The notes below the pieces were generated by a model that worked only from the letters and a program-made list of their open reading frames with translations, was not told the DNA's origin and did no database searches. From contig OZ231126.1 of assembly GCA_965153355.1 (NCBI GenBank), positions 45,384,001 to 45,448,000 of the forward strand: DNA of 64,000 nt, read 5' to 3'. The stretch is from Flaccisagitta enflata. Lineage: Eukaryota. The position numbers were made by a program, and so were the translations under genes. Shown one piece after another: positions 34,187-55,047 of the stretch; the first letter of the stretch is position 1, and every line of letters starts with the position of its first letter.

Positions 34187-35401
34187 TCAAGGAAAGGAAG
34201 GAGGATCTATGGACGACATACGGTTATTTTGGGCGTTGGAGTAAGTTACTCCACTAAATTTTACTCGCGGAACATGCATTTTATTCACATTGTTCACAAA
34301 CGATGCAAAATTGTCCTGCAACCCATGCTTCCTTTTCGTCGCCTCTTCCAAACTGTCCTTTGACTTTTCCCCGCGTCTGCCACCTTCTCCAGCACCACGT
34401 TTCCCCTCGGCTCCAGCCCCGCGTTTCCCCTCGGCTCCAGCCCCGCGTTTACCACCGGCTCCACGTCCACGCTTGGCAGAATTGGAAACTGCTGGTGGTG
34501 CGTCGTCTGAGTAGGATACGGGTCGTTTTGCCACCCTGGCAATGGGTTGTCGACGATCCGAAATCGAAAGAACATTTTTTTCAGAGGCAGAGTTTTCGCC
34601 ATCTACGGATGAACTCCCAACGCTGCTTGAACGAGACCTCGGTGCACTATTGTCATCGGGAACTGGAGAGGAACCTCTTAACACGAAGCCCGAATCGTTG
34701 GACGAATCTTCATTAAGTCGAAAATAAAGAGCTCGCGACGATGTAGACAAATCCAACGGTGAACGTGCTGGCGATGTAACAGACGTTGCGTAGGAAGCAG
34801 TGACGTCGTTGAACGTCACGTCTTGTAAGGCGACAAGGGAATGCGCGACAGCAACGCGCTCGGAACTGGAAGAAGCGGTGACTGCTGAGGGGTCGACAGG
34901 GGTCAACACATTCGTCGCACTGTCACTAGTCGAGGCTACGGCGGAATTTGACGTCGTCATCGATGCGTTTGATGAAACGCCAACGGAAGGAACACGCTCG
35001 GCAGCCTCGGCAACAGAAGCGGCGTGAAAGTCCGACACCCATTCGTCTGAAAACAACAAGCGGCAAAAAGTTACATTAGTTATAATTTGGCTGCCGAAAG
35101 ACGACGTTTAATTACAGTTAACACGCACGACGTTTCGTTTAACTACATTTAAGCGATTAACGGTGAAATTAATCTTTACACTGATATAACTGACATTCAA
35201 TATTAGTAAATACAAGTTAAAAATAACATTAATTGCTTGATATTTTATCTAAGCAAAATGATACATCATTTAGTAAAAATCAATGCTATTTATTTTTTTT
35301 AAAAAGGATTATTTTCTTAAAGAACCGAAGTAAAAATAAAATAAATTTCCTATCCCCAAATTTTGGTTTAGAGTTATAAGAACATCAGCATAAGCGTCAG
35401 T

Positions 35402-35465
<64 letters not shown>

Positions 35466-38348
35466 CAATAAATTGGCGAGCAGGCGTTAAAAACGTAAAG
35501 TTATAATCAATGAAAAGACTTGGACCTTCTTGAATTGATGTTAATTGCTATTACTTACACACGCACATATATTTACCTATATGGCAATTCAACGACGATG
35601 GGGACGATGCTGAAATTCGATCCGCCGATAACGGCGGCGACATGACGACGCTTCTTGTCGAGGTTGACGAACGATTGGTTTTGTTGTCCAATCTTCGCGC
35701 CGCCGGTCGCTTCAACTCCCCGGCTGAGAAAGACAAAAACTCCGGCAACATTGCCGGCGGCTCCAATGGCTCCGTTCGTGGCGATAACCCCAGCATACTT
35801 GGCGTTGGCGACGGTGTCATCGCGAAAGGTCCAGATGGGCTTAAAAGTTTGGAAACAGACTGCGGCGTAGCAGATGCTGAAAACGACTGGGAGGACACCG
35901 CCAAGGTAACAGGTGGTGATACCGACGTCGACATTACCGGCCCGGAAACGATGGCTTGCGTTGCCGATGTTGACACTGCCGATGGAGGGATCGTGGAGGG
36001 CGTCGACAGGGAAACGTCGGGATGCGCTGCCGATGACGGAGGGATCGTGGAGGGCGTCGACAGGGAAACGTCGGGATGCGTATTATGACGGAGGGATCGT
36101 GGAGGGCGTCGACAGGGAAACGTCGGGATGCGCGCCGAGACGGAGGGATCGTGGAGGGCGTCGACAGGGAAACGTCGGGATGCGTTGCCGATGACGGAGG
36201 GATCGTGGACGACGTCGAAACGGGCAAGGAATCGACGGTTGCGTTGGGCGTGGTACGACGGTGAAGCGGTGGGATGCGATGCCGATAACGTGGATGCCGT
36301 GGACCACGTCGAAATTACTGTCGATGGATGAAGGCGTCGACCAACACTTTCGACGATGATTTCCTCTGTAAGTACAAAGTTACATTGGTTATAATTTGGG
36401 TGCCCAAAGTTGAGACGCACTAAGTTAAGTTTCATTACACTTAAGTTTATAACGCTCTAATTAATAAAAGTTAATAGTTAATAATTAATATTAATTACAG
36501 TTAAGCTAATAACGTGGAAATTAATATGCACGACGTTAAGTTAACGTAGTGCCTATTAGCGTAACCGCAGTTAAGTGGATACGCATGTACAAACACTTGA
36601 GTTAATACGGCGAACGTTAAAGTATTCGGCACGAACATACAGTTAAGTTAATACACACGATGTTAAATTAATTACAGTTATGTTAATACGCAAAAAAAAT
36701 ACAATTAATAATTAATAATTAATACTTGATAATTAATAATTAATAATAATCAATAATGAATAATGATTAATAATTACTAATTACTAAGAGAAAAATTAAT
36801 AATTAATAATCGATTATTAATCATTAATAAATAATAATTAATAATTAAAAGTTAATTACAATTAAGTTGATAACGGTTATGTTGATATACGTTAAGCTAG
36901 TAGGCACGAACAAACACTTAAGTTAATACGCCCGACCTACAGTTAATACGCGAACCACAAACCATGAAGGAAAACGTTCAATTGTCGTTAAGTTGTGAAA
37001 GACTACGCACGACAATTTTATAGGTTATAGCCTCTAACGTTGTTAACGTAAAGCGACAATACTTACCCAGGCTAGATATGTTGCGTTCCCACGGCGGGAC
37101 AGTTGTGACGTGCCCATCCTTTGAGTGATAAATCACTTGACGATTCGAGACACCTGTAAGCATATTAAAAAAACATTGGGTATGACCTACTTTAACTGCA
37201 TAATACGTAACCTATAACGAGGCAAGAGTCAAACAACTCATGTCTGTCCGTGACGCTAACTTTAAAAGCGGGCACAGCTGAGTGTTAAACTTAAAGTCTT
37301 CGTTCCTACTCCGTCTCAAACCCCCACGGTTTCATTCATGCGCTCAATCATTACTGCGTTCAAAAAATACACTTATTTTTTTTTTATAAGAACCAAGTTT
37401 ATAAGAACGTTAGGCTTCAAATCGTCAAAAATTTACGAACATGCTAAGAACATTGGAAGCTTATTTTTGAAAAAATTAAGAACATTAGGCTTGAAATCTT
37501 AAAAATCTAAGAACATTTTTTTCTGTTTTTTTTTTTAATCAATTGTCTTTTGTAAATGGACAGACTCCATATCTTTCTGTTCAGCAAATCATGTCTCACT
37601 TTATATAGCATATGTTTTTCTACTTTCAATGATCTTAATTCATTTAAAATGTTTAAATCTACTTCTTTATTGTTTCATTGACATTTTCCTTTATTTTCTC
37701 CTTAATGACCAACTTAAAACTAATTAAGAACGTTCTTAATTGAAGGCTAAAAAGTGCGTTTGAATTAAGAACAATTTAAGAACGCTCAAGCCTTGAAACT
37801 GCTGAAAATTTAAGAACATTGAAGGCTTGCTCAAAAAATGACGTTCTTATAAAAAAAAAAGTGTATGGCAAGTTATTTTGTCAATTCATTCTAAACCAAC
37901 CCGACGCAATCACCAGACTCACCCAAATTCTCCAGTTTCTTACGAAGACTTTGTGGCGTCTCTGTCGCTTTGCTCGAAAAACCGCCCGTCGTCCCATCGC
38001 TTACCACGAAACATTGTACGTCTTCGAGCCATATTTTCTGATGTAAATAAAAAAATGGATAGCAAATTTACGACTCGCTAGTGTAAACGCCGAAGTGTAC
38101 TCATGCGTGAAGTAATGAAAGAACAAAGCACGCTACAATATATTTACCTTATGTGCTTTGATGTAACGTCCAATGAGTCTCGATTGCCCGTCTACGAGTT
38201 CAACGTAGAGTAATTTTTCATAGTTGGGCGGCATTCCTTGCCGCCATCGTAAAACGAAGTCGTTGAAACGAAATGAGTCTTCAGCGTCAGGATCCACGTC
38301 ACCCAACTCGCCGATGTCGAAATCGCCGGTAAAAGGTGGGTAATTCAT
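34187..38348 (-). CDS. Five-exon gene of unknown function (~683 aa); exons 38348-38148, 38037-37923, 37153-37067, 36365-35577, 35046-34187
   Basis: All four introns are GT-AG with matching phases (0,1,1,1); total 2052 nt open frame. N-terminus MNYPPFTGDF..AHK|KIWLEDVQCFVV..ENL|GVSNRQVIY.., then Ser/Pro/Thr-rich, with a KRG-rich basic C-terminal part. Confidence 0.72.
35980..36225. repeat. ~52-54 bp tandem repeat inside exon 4 of the unknown gene
   Basis: gacggagggatcgtggagggcgtcgacagggaaacgtcgggatgcg repeated 4.5 times with variable linkers. Confidence 0.92.
37370..37863. mobile_element. TA-flanked MITE in intron 2 of the unknown gene
   Basis: ta|cacttatttttttttttataagaac ... gttcttataaaaaaaaaagtg|ta. 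Confidence 0.8.
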
Positions 38349-39529
38349 TTTCCAAATAATTAAAGTCAATTTATTGCTGTAAAAATAAACCATTGCGTAT
38401 TACACCTGTGATTTACTTCACGCACGCATGCAACGCGGCAATATAGATGGGTTCGGCACGCTTCCCGGTTGGTAAACAATTTATTAAATATATTTTTAAA
38501 ATCGGCTAGCGTAGCGTATCTTTTTAAAAATATATTTAATAAATTGTTGCCCAACCGGGCAGCGTGACGAACAGGCGCGCGAGACGAAAGAAAAAAAAAT
38601 TCTGTAGTAAAAAGTTGATAAACATTTTCGGCGACCGGAGAGGAGGATGCGTGAAACAAAAGCTAGCTTGTTGCTCATCCCGAGCAACCAAGTTTTGCAT
38701 AGGTGTCGCTTTCACACGCTCTTTCAGCGTAAAAGAAAAGACACAGTAGGAGACGAAAGATCCTGTTTTTCCGAGAAACAAAAGAACAAAAGACTTAGGC
38801 GTTTTTGAGATGTTTGTCAGATCGTCAAAATTTTATGTTTTAAATTAGACTCTGATATAATTAAAAACTTTAACTTTTTTTCAACTTTTTTTGAATTTTT
38901 ATTTTTGTTTGAAACGTGTAAATCCAGAATATTTTTTTTTTTTTGCTAAGCACAACTAAGTGAAATTTTTAAAGTATTATTATATGGATTATAATACTCC
39001 CGGACTTTAACTTTTTTTATCGAATTTTTTTAGGTCTTATTTGGCTAGATAATTTGTCGATTTTCAGTGTTTTTTTTTTCCATTTTTGGACCGAAATTTT
39101 AGAGTCCAATTAGATCGATTATACAGTTTCTCTACTTGCCGGCGTACGAATTACAATCAATATAACTTTAAGGCTTTTTCTTTGCAGCCATTTTTTTAAC
39201 TGCAGCACTCTATATGTAAATGTATGGATTTTTCCTGATAGTGAAGACCATGATCAATCCTCAAATAAGTGTTTCAGTAAAATTTTTTGGAGCGTCATTG
39301 TATAACTGGTGTAATAACAGTTAATCGTTCCTAGCTAGCACACCGCTGAAGCACTAATGCTCATCTTTTGAACAATGATAGCGACCTCCCCAAGGACCAT
39401 TTTGATAAAAAAAAGAAAGAGTCGACCCAACTGTATAATCTATATAATAAGACAAAAATTTGAAAAATATAACTTTGGAACCAAAAATTATAATATCAAC
39501 AAATATAATTTTCATTTTTTTATGAGTGA

Positions 39530-41310
39530 GGGAAAGACAAGGGAAGAACTGAAAAACATAACCCATGTTCATATATGGAAAGACAAGGAAAGTGTTGAAA
39601 AACATTACCCCTTCATGTATAGGGAAAGACAAGGGAAAAACTGAAAAACATTACCTATATGTGTATAGGGAAAAGCAAGGGAGGAACAGAGAAACAAAAG
39701 CCATATTGATGTAGGGAAAGACAAGGAAAGAACCGGAAAACATTACCCATATTTATATAGGGAAAGACAAGGAAAGAGTCTAAAAAATTACCCCTATATA
39801 TGTAAGGAAAGACAAGGGAAGAACTGAAAAACATTACCTATATGTGTATAGGGAAAAACGAGGGAGGAACAGAAAAATAAAAGCCATAATGATGTAGGGA
39901 AAAATAAGGGAAACAAAAGCCATATTGATGTAGGGAAAGACAAGGGAAGAACTGGAAAACATTACCCATATTCATATAGAGAACGACAAAGAAAGAGTTG
40001 AAAAACATTACCCCTATATATATAAGGAAAGACAAGGGAAGAACTGAAAAACATTACCCATTTCCATATAGGGAAAGACAAGGGAAGGACAAAGAAACAA
40101 AAGCCATATTGATATGAGGATATTCATGAAGGGAAAGACAAGGGAAGAACAGATTGATATAGGAAAAGACAAAGGAAGAACTGAAAAACATTACCCATAT
40201 TCAAGGGAAGAATTGAAAAACATTACCCATATTTGTATAGGGAAGACAAGGGACGAACAGAAAAAACATTACCCATATTCACATAGGGAAAGACAGGGGA
40301 AGAACTGAAAAACATTACCCATATTCATATAGAAAAAGACAAGGGAAGAACTGAAAAACATTACCCATATTCATATAGGGAAAGACAAGGGAAGAACTGA
40401 AAAAACATTACCCATATTTGTATAGGGAAAGACAAGGGAGGAACAGGGAAACAAAAGCCATATTGATGTAGGGAAAGACAAGGGAAGAACTGGAAAACAT
40501 TACCCATATTCATATAGGGAAAGACAAGGAATGAGTTGAAAAAATTACCCCTACATATGTAAGGAAAGACAAGGGAAGAATTGGAAAACATCACCCATAT
40601 AGCATAGGGAAAGACAAGGAAGAACAGAGAAACATTACCATATTGTCGTAGGGAAAGACAAGAAGAACTGAAAAACATTACCCATATTCACATAGGGAAA
40701 GTCAAGGGAAGAACTGAAAACATAACACATTCACATAGGAAAAGACAAGGGAAGAACAGAAAACATTACCCATATTCATAGGGAAAGAAAGAGAAGAACA
40801 GAGAAACAAAAGCCATATTGATATAGGGAAAGACAAGGGAAGAACTGAAAATTATTACCCATATTCAATAGGGAAAGAATTAAAAAAAACATTATCCATA
40901 TTTGTATAGGGAAAGACAAGGGAAGAACTGAAAAACATAACGCATATTCACATAGGAAAAGACAAGGGAAGAACAGAAAAACATTACCCATATTCACATA
41001 GGGAAAGACAAGGGAAGAATAGAAAAACATTACCCATATTCACATAGGGAAAGACAAGGGAAGCATAGAAAAACATTACCCATATTAACATAGGGAAAGA
41101 CAAGGGAAGAACAGAAAAACATTACCCATATTGACATAGGGAAAGACAAGGGAAGAATAGAAAAACATTACCCATATTCATATAGGGAAAGACAAGAGGG
41201 GAACAGAGAAACAGAAGCCATTTTCATATGGGGAAAGACAAGGGAAGGACAAAGAAACAGAAGCCGTTTTCATATAAGGTTAGACAAGGGAAGGACAAGG
41301 GAAAGACAGT
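39530..41310 (+). repeat. ~45-bp minisatellite
   Basis: Unit tagggaaagacaagggaagaactgaaaaacattacccatattca(c/t)a with a variant unit containing aaacaaaagccatattgat. Confidence 0.95.
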
Positions 41311-42979
41311 GAAAAACAAAACCCTATTTTCAAAGAGATCGGAAGGAAAAAAAAGGAAAAAGGAAAAAAAAGGAAAAAAAAGGAAAAAAAAGGAAAAAGA
41401 AGAAAAACATTTTGTGGAGTTATAGTGAATTGCTTAACGCAATTCACAATCACTACGGCCAAACGCTAGCATCTACAATCCCGGCAACGGCACCGGCGGA
41501 TAGAGTGTTAAGTTCTGCTTTGGATTTCAAATGAAAATTAGGAGATAAGAGCACCCACGATTTTTAATATCAAATCAATTGACACAATGTTTCATACAAT
41601 TTTCTGTTCATGCGCTCAGAGTTAGAGTCCGGGGACGTAAAGGTCAACTTAAGCACAGACAGTCATATTTCTTTTTAATCTATAGTTTATCACATGTATT
41701 ATGGTCAATCTTTTTTTCATCGATGTTACTCATAAGGTTTGGCAGATATTTCACTTTTCTTACTAGACCTACTTCCCTACTTGGATGAAGACTAAAGTAA
41801 AGGGGATTTTTATGAAGCAATTTTCCTTGTCATCATTGCCGTCTTATTATGCTGTAGTGAGAGACGCACTAACATTAACTCTCTACGGAAACTTTTTTTT
41901 GGGGCGCCAAATGGCGTTTTGCAGATTACTGCATGCAGTCGGATTTACCTTTGGTGTTCTGATGCAACTTATATGTATCAGCGTATCTCTTTGTCTATTT
42001 ATTCCTTGGTTTTAGCCAGTCTGTCTTTCTTTCTCAACGCGTAATGATACATTGGAAAGTTAACTCTGACTTAGAGAAAATGTCGGTGGAGATGAGTTTT
42101 AGAAAGAAGTCGTAGGATAAGTGTTACCTTTTTTTCCGTCTTTTTATAATAAAAATGTTTAAACAACATCAAAACGAGTAATGCTGAAGACATATGATTT
42201 CCACAGTTTTATTCAGCGCCCTCACTTTAGTCAAATTGCTAAAAATGATTTTCGAGCGAGCTTTTTTACCCCCGCTGATATCGCCGCCTAGATGAGGACA
42301 AGTGGTCAAGAAATCCACTAAAAAATTCATTACGTAGCATAGAATTTGAAAATCTTGAGATACAAATTGGTTGAAGCTCATTTATTTCTGATAATCCTGT
42401 TCTTTAATCATTTGCCATTTCCAAACAACCAATGCGTTTACGTCAATGATTTCTCGCTTACTTTTCAGACGCCCGTGGAATATTTATATTTTCGAAAGCA
42501 GAAATCAACAAAGCTCGTTCGTTTTTTTATTGGTAATGGCTGATTTAGGCATTGCGTGGTTAACCTGCTTATCGATAGCGGACGCGAGTGTGTAAGTAGT
42601 TATGCGATTTTTATTTTCAACAAAATCGTTATGCCCAATGCCCATTTACTGACCACCCTCCCCGTTCACGGGCCCTGTCTCGTCTGAAATACAAATTTCA
42701 TAGTTCGAAATTTCATGGTTCATCCTAGCTCTTCAAAAGAGGACAAGAGCAGCCTTCTTGTACCTAATTCATCAAGATTTCAGGCATTCTTTTTTGTATG
42801 AAGAAGAGGGCTTTTTTCGACGTTTTTAGTTGCGGACACGCAACTCTATAAGAGGCTTTGTGCGTCCGTCGGTCCGTCGGTCCGTCGGTCCGTCGGTCCG
42901 TCGGTCCGTCGGTCCGTCGGTCCGTCGGTCCGTTGGTCCGTTGGTCCGTCGGTCCGTCCGTAAGCACGAGTCAAAAAGT

Positions 42980-43085
<106 letters not shown>

Positions 43086-43209
43086 CCATGCTAAGCCTTC
43101 TCAAGCTAGCAAGCGTCAAATGATGAACTTAGGTAAGAGACAAATATGAAAAATGATCCACTTAAGAAGAGACGAGGCCGAAGCGTAACACCAAAACGAG
43201 TAAGGAACG

Positions 43210-44030
43210 TGATGGGAAGGGGGTGAGGGTGGTGATGGGAAGGGGGTGAGGGTGGTGATAGGAAGGGGGTGCTGGTGGTGATGGGAAGGGGGTGCTGGTG
43301 GTGATGGGAAGGGGGTGAGGGTGGTGATGGGAATGGGGTGAGGGTGGTGATGGGAAGGGGTGAGGGTGGTGATGGGAAGGGCGTGAGGGTGGTGATGGGA
43401 AGGGGGTGAGGGTAGTGATAGGAAGGGGGTGAGGGTAGTGATAGGAAGGGGGTGCGGGTGGTGATGGGAAGGGGATGAGGGTGGTGATGGGAAGGGGTGC
43501 TGGCGGTGATGGGAATGGGGTGAGGGTGGTGATGGGAAGGGGGTGAGGGTGGTGATGGGAAGGGGGTGAGGGTGGTGATGGGAAGGGGGTGAGGGTGGTG
43601 ATGGGAAGGGGGTGAGGGTGGTGATGGGAAGGGGGTGAGGGTGGTAATGGGAAGCGGGTGCGGGTGGTGATGGGAAGGGGATGAGGGTGGTGATTGGAAG
43701 GGGGTGCTGGTGGTGATGGGAAGGGGGTGAGGGTGGTGATGGGAGGGAGGTGAGGGTGGTGATGGGAAGGGGGTGAAGGGGTGCTGGTGGTGATGGGAAG
43801 GGGGTGAGGGTGGTGATGGGAGGGAGGTGCGGGTGGTGATGGGAAGGGGATGAGGGTGGTGATGGGAAGGGGTGCTGGCGGTGATGGGAATGGGGTGAGG
43901 GTGGTGATGGGAAGGGGGTGAGGGTGGTGATGGGAAGGGGATGAGGGTGGTGATGGGAAGGGGGTGAGGGTGGTGATGGGAGGGAGGTGAGGGTGGTGAT
44001 GGGAAGGGGGTGAGGGTGGTGATGGTGGGG
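43210..44030 (+). repeat. G-rich ~23-bp minisatellite
   Basis: (gggaagggggtgagggtggtgat)n. Confidence 0.95.
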
Positions 44031-44193
44031 ATGAAAAAACCATGCAAGAGTACCTTGAAGTATTTAGAGGTCTTGGGAAGTGAATGCTATACGAGCGGAA
44101 ACCGAAGGGCGAACAGAGTACGGGCGGGGGGGGGGGGGGCTGGTAACGAAGATACAGTGGGAAACCAAAGTCCACCTCCGCCTCTACCTTGAC

Positions 44194-44323
44194 TAGGGAT
44201 GTGGAAGCGATTGACCGCTTCCATTTTGGAGGATGGGATAGCTACTAGTATTTGAACTACAAAACGGAAGCGGAAGCGGAAGCGGTGGAAGCGGCACTAA
44301 AATCGACCGCTTCCACATCCCTA
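44194..44323. mobile_element. hAT-type MITE
   Basis: TIR tagggatgtggaagcg / cgcttccacatcccta; 8-bp TSD accttgac (44186-44193, 44324-44331). Confidence 0.93.
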
Positions 44324-44870
44324 ACCTTGACGGTGGTAACTTGAGACGCTGGTAAAGAAAACGACTTGGAATAAGATTTTAGAACGATGGAGCATTAGGC
44401 CTTCACGATGAGGGGATGAAGGCAGGAAGCGTTTAAAGGCGCCAGCAATTAGCAAGCAAATTTAAGAAGATGCTCTATTGTATGGGTATGAGCTGGAACT
44501 GGAAAAAGGCAGGATAAAGGGTGAATGTGTTTATCTAAGGAGATAGAGAGACTGGGCAACCTGATGATGGGCGCATTGGCAGATACTATCCACCGATTAG
44601 GTTGAAGAAAATGCAGTAGAATAGCACGAGCTTCAAAAGAGTAATGGGATAACCTAAAATATACTGTAGCCTGTACAAATATGCATCATGCTGTACTATT
44701 GCGATAGTTGGCGCTAAAAGCTTCGAAAATTCTATACGTGCGCGAATAAGCGTCTAAAAATAGTCTATCGCAGAAAGTAAGACGAAGAAAGAGCAAAAAA
44801 ATCACAAACAAAAAAAAGGCATTACTTTCCTTTGAGGGACCTAAGTATCCAGCTGAAGGTGAGCCGCCCG

Positions 44871-44940
<70 letters not shown>

Positions 44941-45144
44941 AAAAAAGCCCAGCACTTGGCTTCACTTGGAGAGCCGTAAATCAGAAATTGGAAAGGTGAA
45001 CCTGAAAATAGACAGAGAACCTTATTTACGGGACGAGTCTGGAACCCTTTCCTGAGAACCTCATGCATCAAACCAAACATCAACTTAGAAGCCAAGGTAA
45101 GAAACCAACCTACCGTAACTATCGTAAAAGGTTGTGCGAAAGAC

Positions 45145-45693
<549 letters not shown>

Positions 45694-46231
45694 GACGTTT
45701 CACAAGCCGGGTGGATAGGCCGATGAGTTATGAGTGTTTCCAAGTCCCTCGAGTCTTGTGAAGGTAAACTTGGGCCACTGATGTCAGGAGAGCGTAAAGA
45801 GAGTAAAGAGACCTCTGAGCTTTCGCGGTTTCGCCATTTCTCAGTTTCTCGCCCTTACACAAAACGCGCAGTTTTCTTATACCTTTACACTCTTCCCTTC
45901 TTGTCTACGACGGTCTCTATTTTATGAAATATCGTCATAAACTAAGATAGTTTCGGTAAACTTTACAACCTATCTAAGGATAGGCATAGGGCAGGGACAG
46001 TTAGTTCCAGTAATGAACACGTGAAACCTATTGCTTAGTATGGAAGTTGTACCGTTGAGGTTGAGGTTCAATAGATGAATGAGACATGATGAGATCAACA
46101 CATGAATGATGAAGAGCAAAGAACTGTTCGAAACTTTTCGGTAAGTAGATTTTCATGTGTTGATTTCATCCTGTCTTAGTGTCTAATCCATCTATCAAAC
46201 CTATTGCTTGTTCAATAATTAATTGAAGTAA

Positions 46232-46824
46232 CAGTGGCAAAGAAAAAAACCGGACAACTTGTTTTGCTTATTTCTGCTGACCCAAAAGCTTGAATAATAA
46301 AAAATTCATGACCATTAGAAAGATCTTCGAAAAATCTTTCTAATGCCACCTTGCTGGTATCTGTAGCTTTATTCGTTTAGAAATGGCATAGGTTTGAAGA
46401 AAAATATCACTGATTGGAAAAGGGGCAAATATTGTCTTTTTTTTCCATTAGTAATTATTGTCTCAACGTTTTACTTAATAATGCAATTCAGATTTGTCAC
46501 AGCTACTTGATATCCATGAGCAAATTAAAGAGCTTCGAATTTTCTTTAAAATGGCGCCAAAAACGAATTTCTTACTCAATGCGTTTAGTTTTTATGTTAA
46601 AACAAACAAAAAACATGAAAATTCTGTAGTGAATTCTCAAATTCCTGACAATCTGTTTTCATTCCAATGCCATTTCTAAACGAATAGAGCTAAGACAACC
46701 AGCAACGTCTCATTTGAAAGATCTTTTGCAGAGCTTCAAAATGGTCACCAATTTTCCTTAGTTTTTCTCATTGCTTGGGTGTTAAATACTGACAAACATG
46801 CTGTCCGGTTTTTTTTTGCCATGG
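46232..46824. mobile_element. TIR element; a partial inverted copy lies at ~31549-32028
   Basis: tggcaaagaaaaaaaccggacaac ... gctgtccggtttttttttgcca. 46505-46820 is the reverse complement of 31719-32028. Confidence 0.65.
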
Positions 46825-47770
46825 TTAACGCAAACGCGCGCCTCAAAGAGTCAAGGGCACGCGACGATAAATGTTAATGCTTTACTTTGTATACATCGTT
46901 AGCGTTAACCATGGAAGCGCTGTAAACTAAAATGTGCATTAATACATACAAGCATAAAAACAAACAAACTTTAACAGAAGTCTAGATGCTTTATGTATAA
47001 CCAATTATGCTATGGTTGTTCTTTGTTGCAGAAATGAAAAAAAAAGAGAGAAATAGACAAGTTGCTCGTAAATACAGAAAAAAAAAACCTATTCCCGAAA
47101 GTTGGTGGAAATGAAAATGAGTTGGCAAAACAAATAGGAGCATTTAACGGCTGCCTTGCCTCAGCCGTGGGCACAATGGCCCCATTTCTGAATAAACGAT
47201 CCCTGTCCAAACATTGCCAACGCCGCAATACGACCGCTGAGGTAATGAAATTTGTCATTCCTCACTCTCTTTTTCGCGCTCCTTCGCCTTATACCGATTC
47301 TAGCTTTTTAGTCGCGGAAACGCGACTCCATAAGCGGCTTTTTGGTTGGTCGGTCGATCAGTCTCAGCGTCGCTTTTCAGGGATTTCTGCTGTAAGTGTA
47401 AGCATGTATAAGCATGTATAAGCATGTATTAGCATGTAAGCATGTAAGTATGGATAAGCATGTAAGCATGGATAAGCATGTAAGCATGGATAAGCATGTA
47501 AGCATGTAAGCATGTAAGCATGTAAGTATGTATAATCAAAAGTAAAAAAATGAACGATGGTAAAAGCAATATTCATTTGGAGTCGCATCTGTAGTACAAA
47601 GAATTGCTTTAACGTGTCCCATCAACTAATCAATCATGACCTCTTAGCAGTCTCAGCACCAATACTCGCATTTTAGAGTTCATATCGCACCAAGCATCTA
47701 CTTATATTTGTCACATTCATGATAGGTGGGCAACATCCCTCACAGTTTCATAATAATTATCTGATGTCTA

Positions 47771-55047
<7,277 letters not shown>

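Noticed and set aside
39530-41310. Regular ~45-bp repeat resembling a CRISPR array
   Set aside because: No unique spacers, degenerate contiguous units, eukaryotic context and no cas genes.
43106-44175. Pro/His-rich 313- and 337-aa ORFs (extensin-like)
   Set aside because: By-products of a stop-free minisatellite strand; the frame wanders with unit length.
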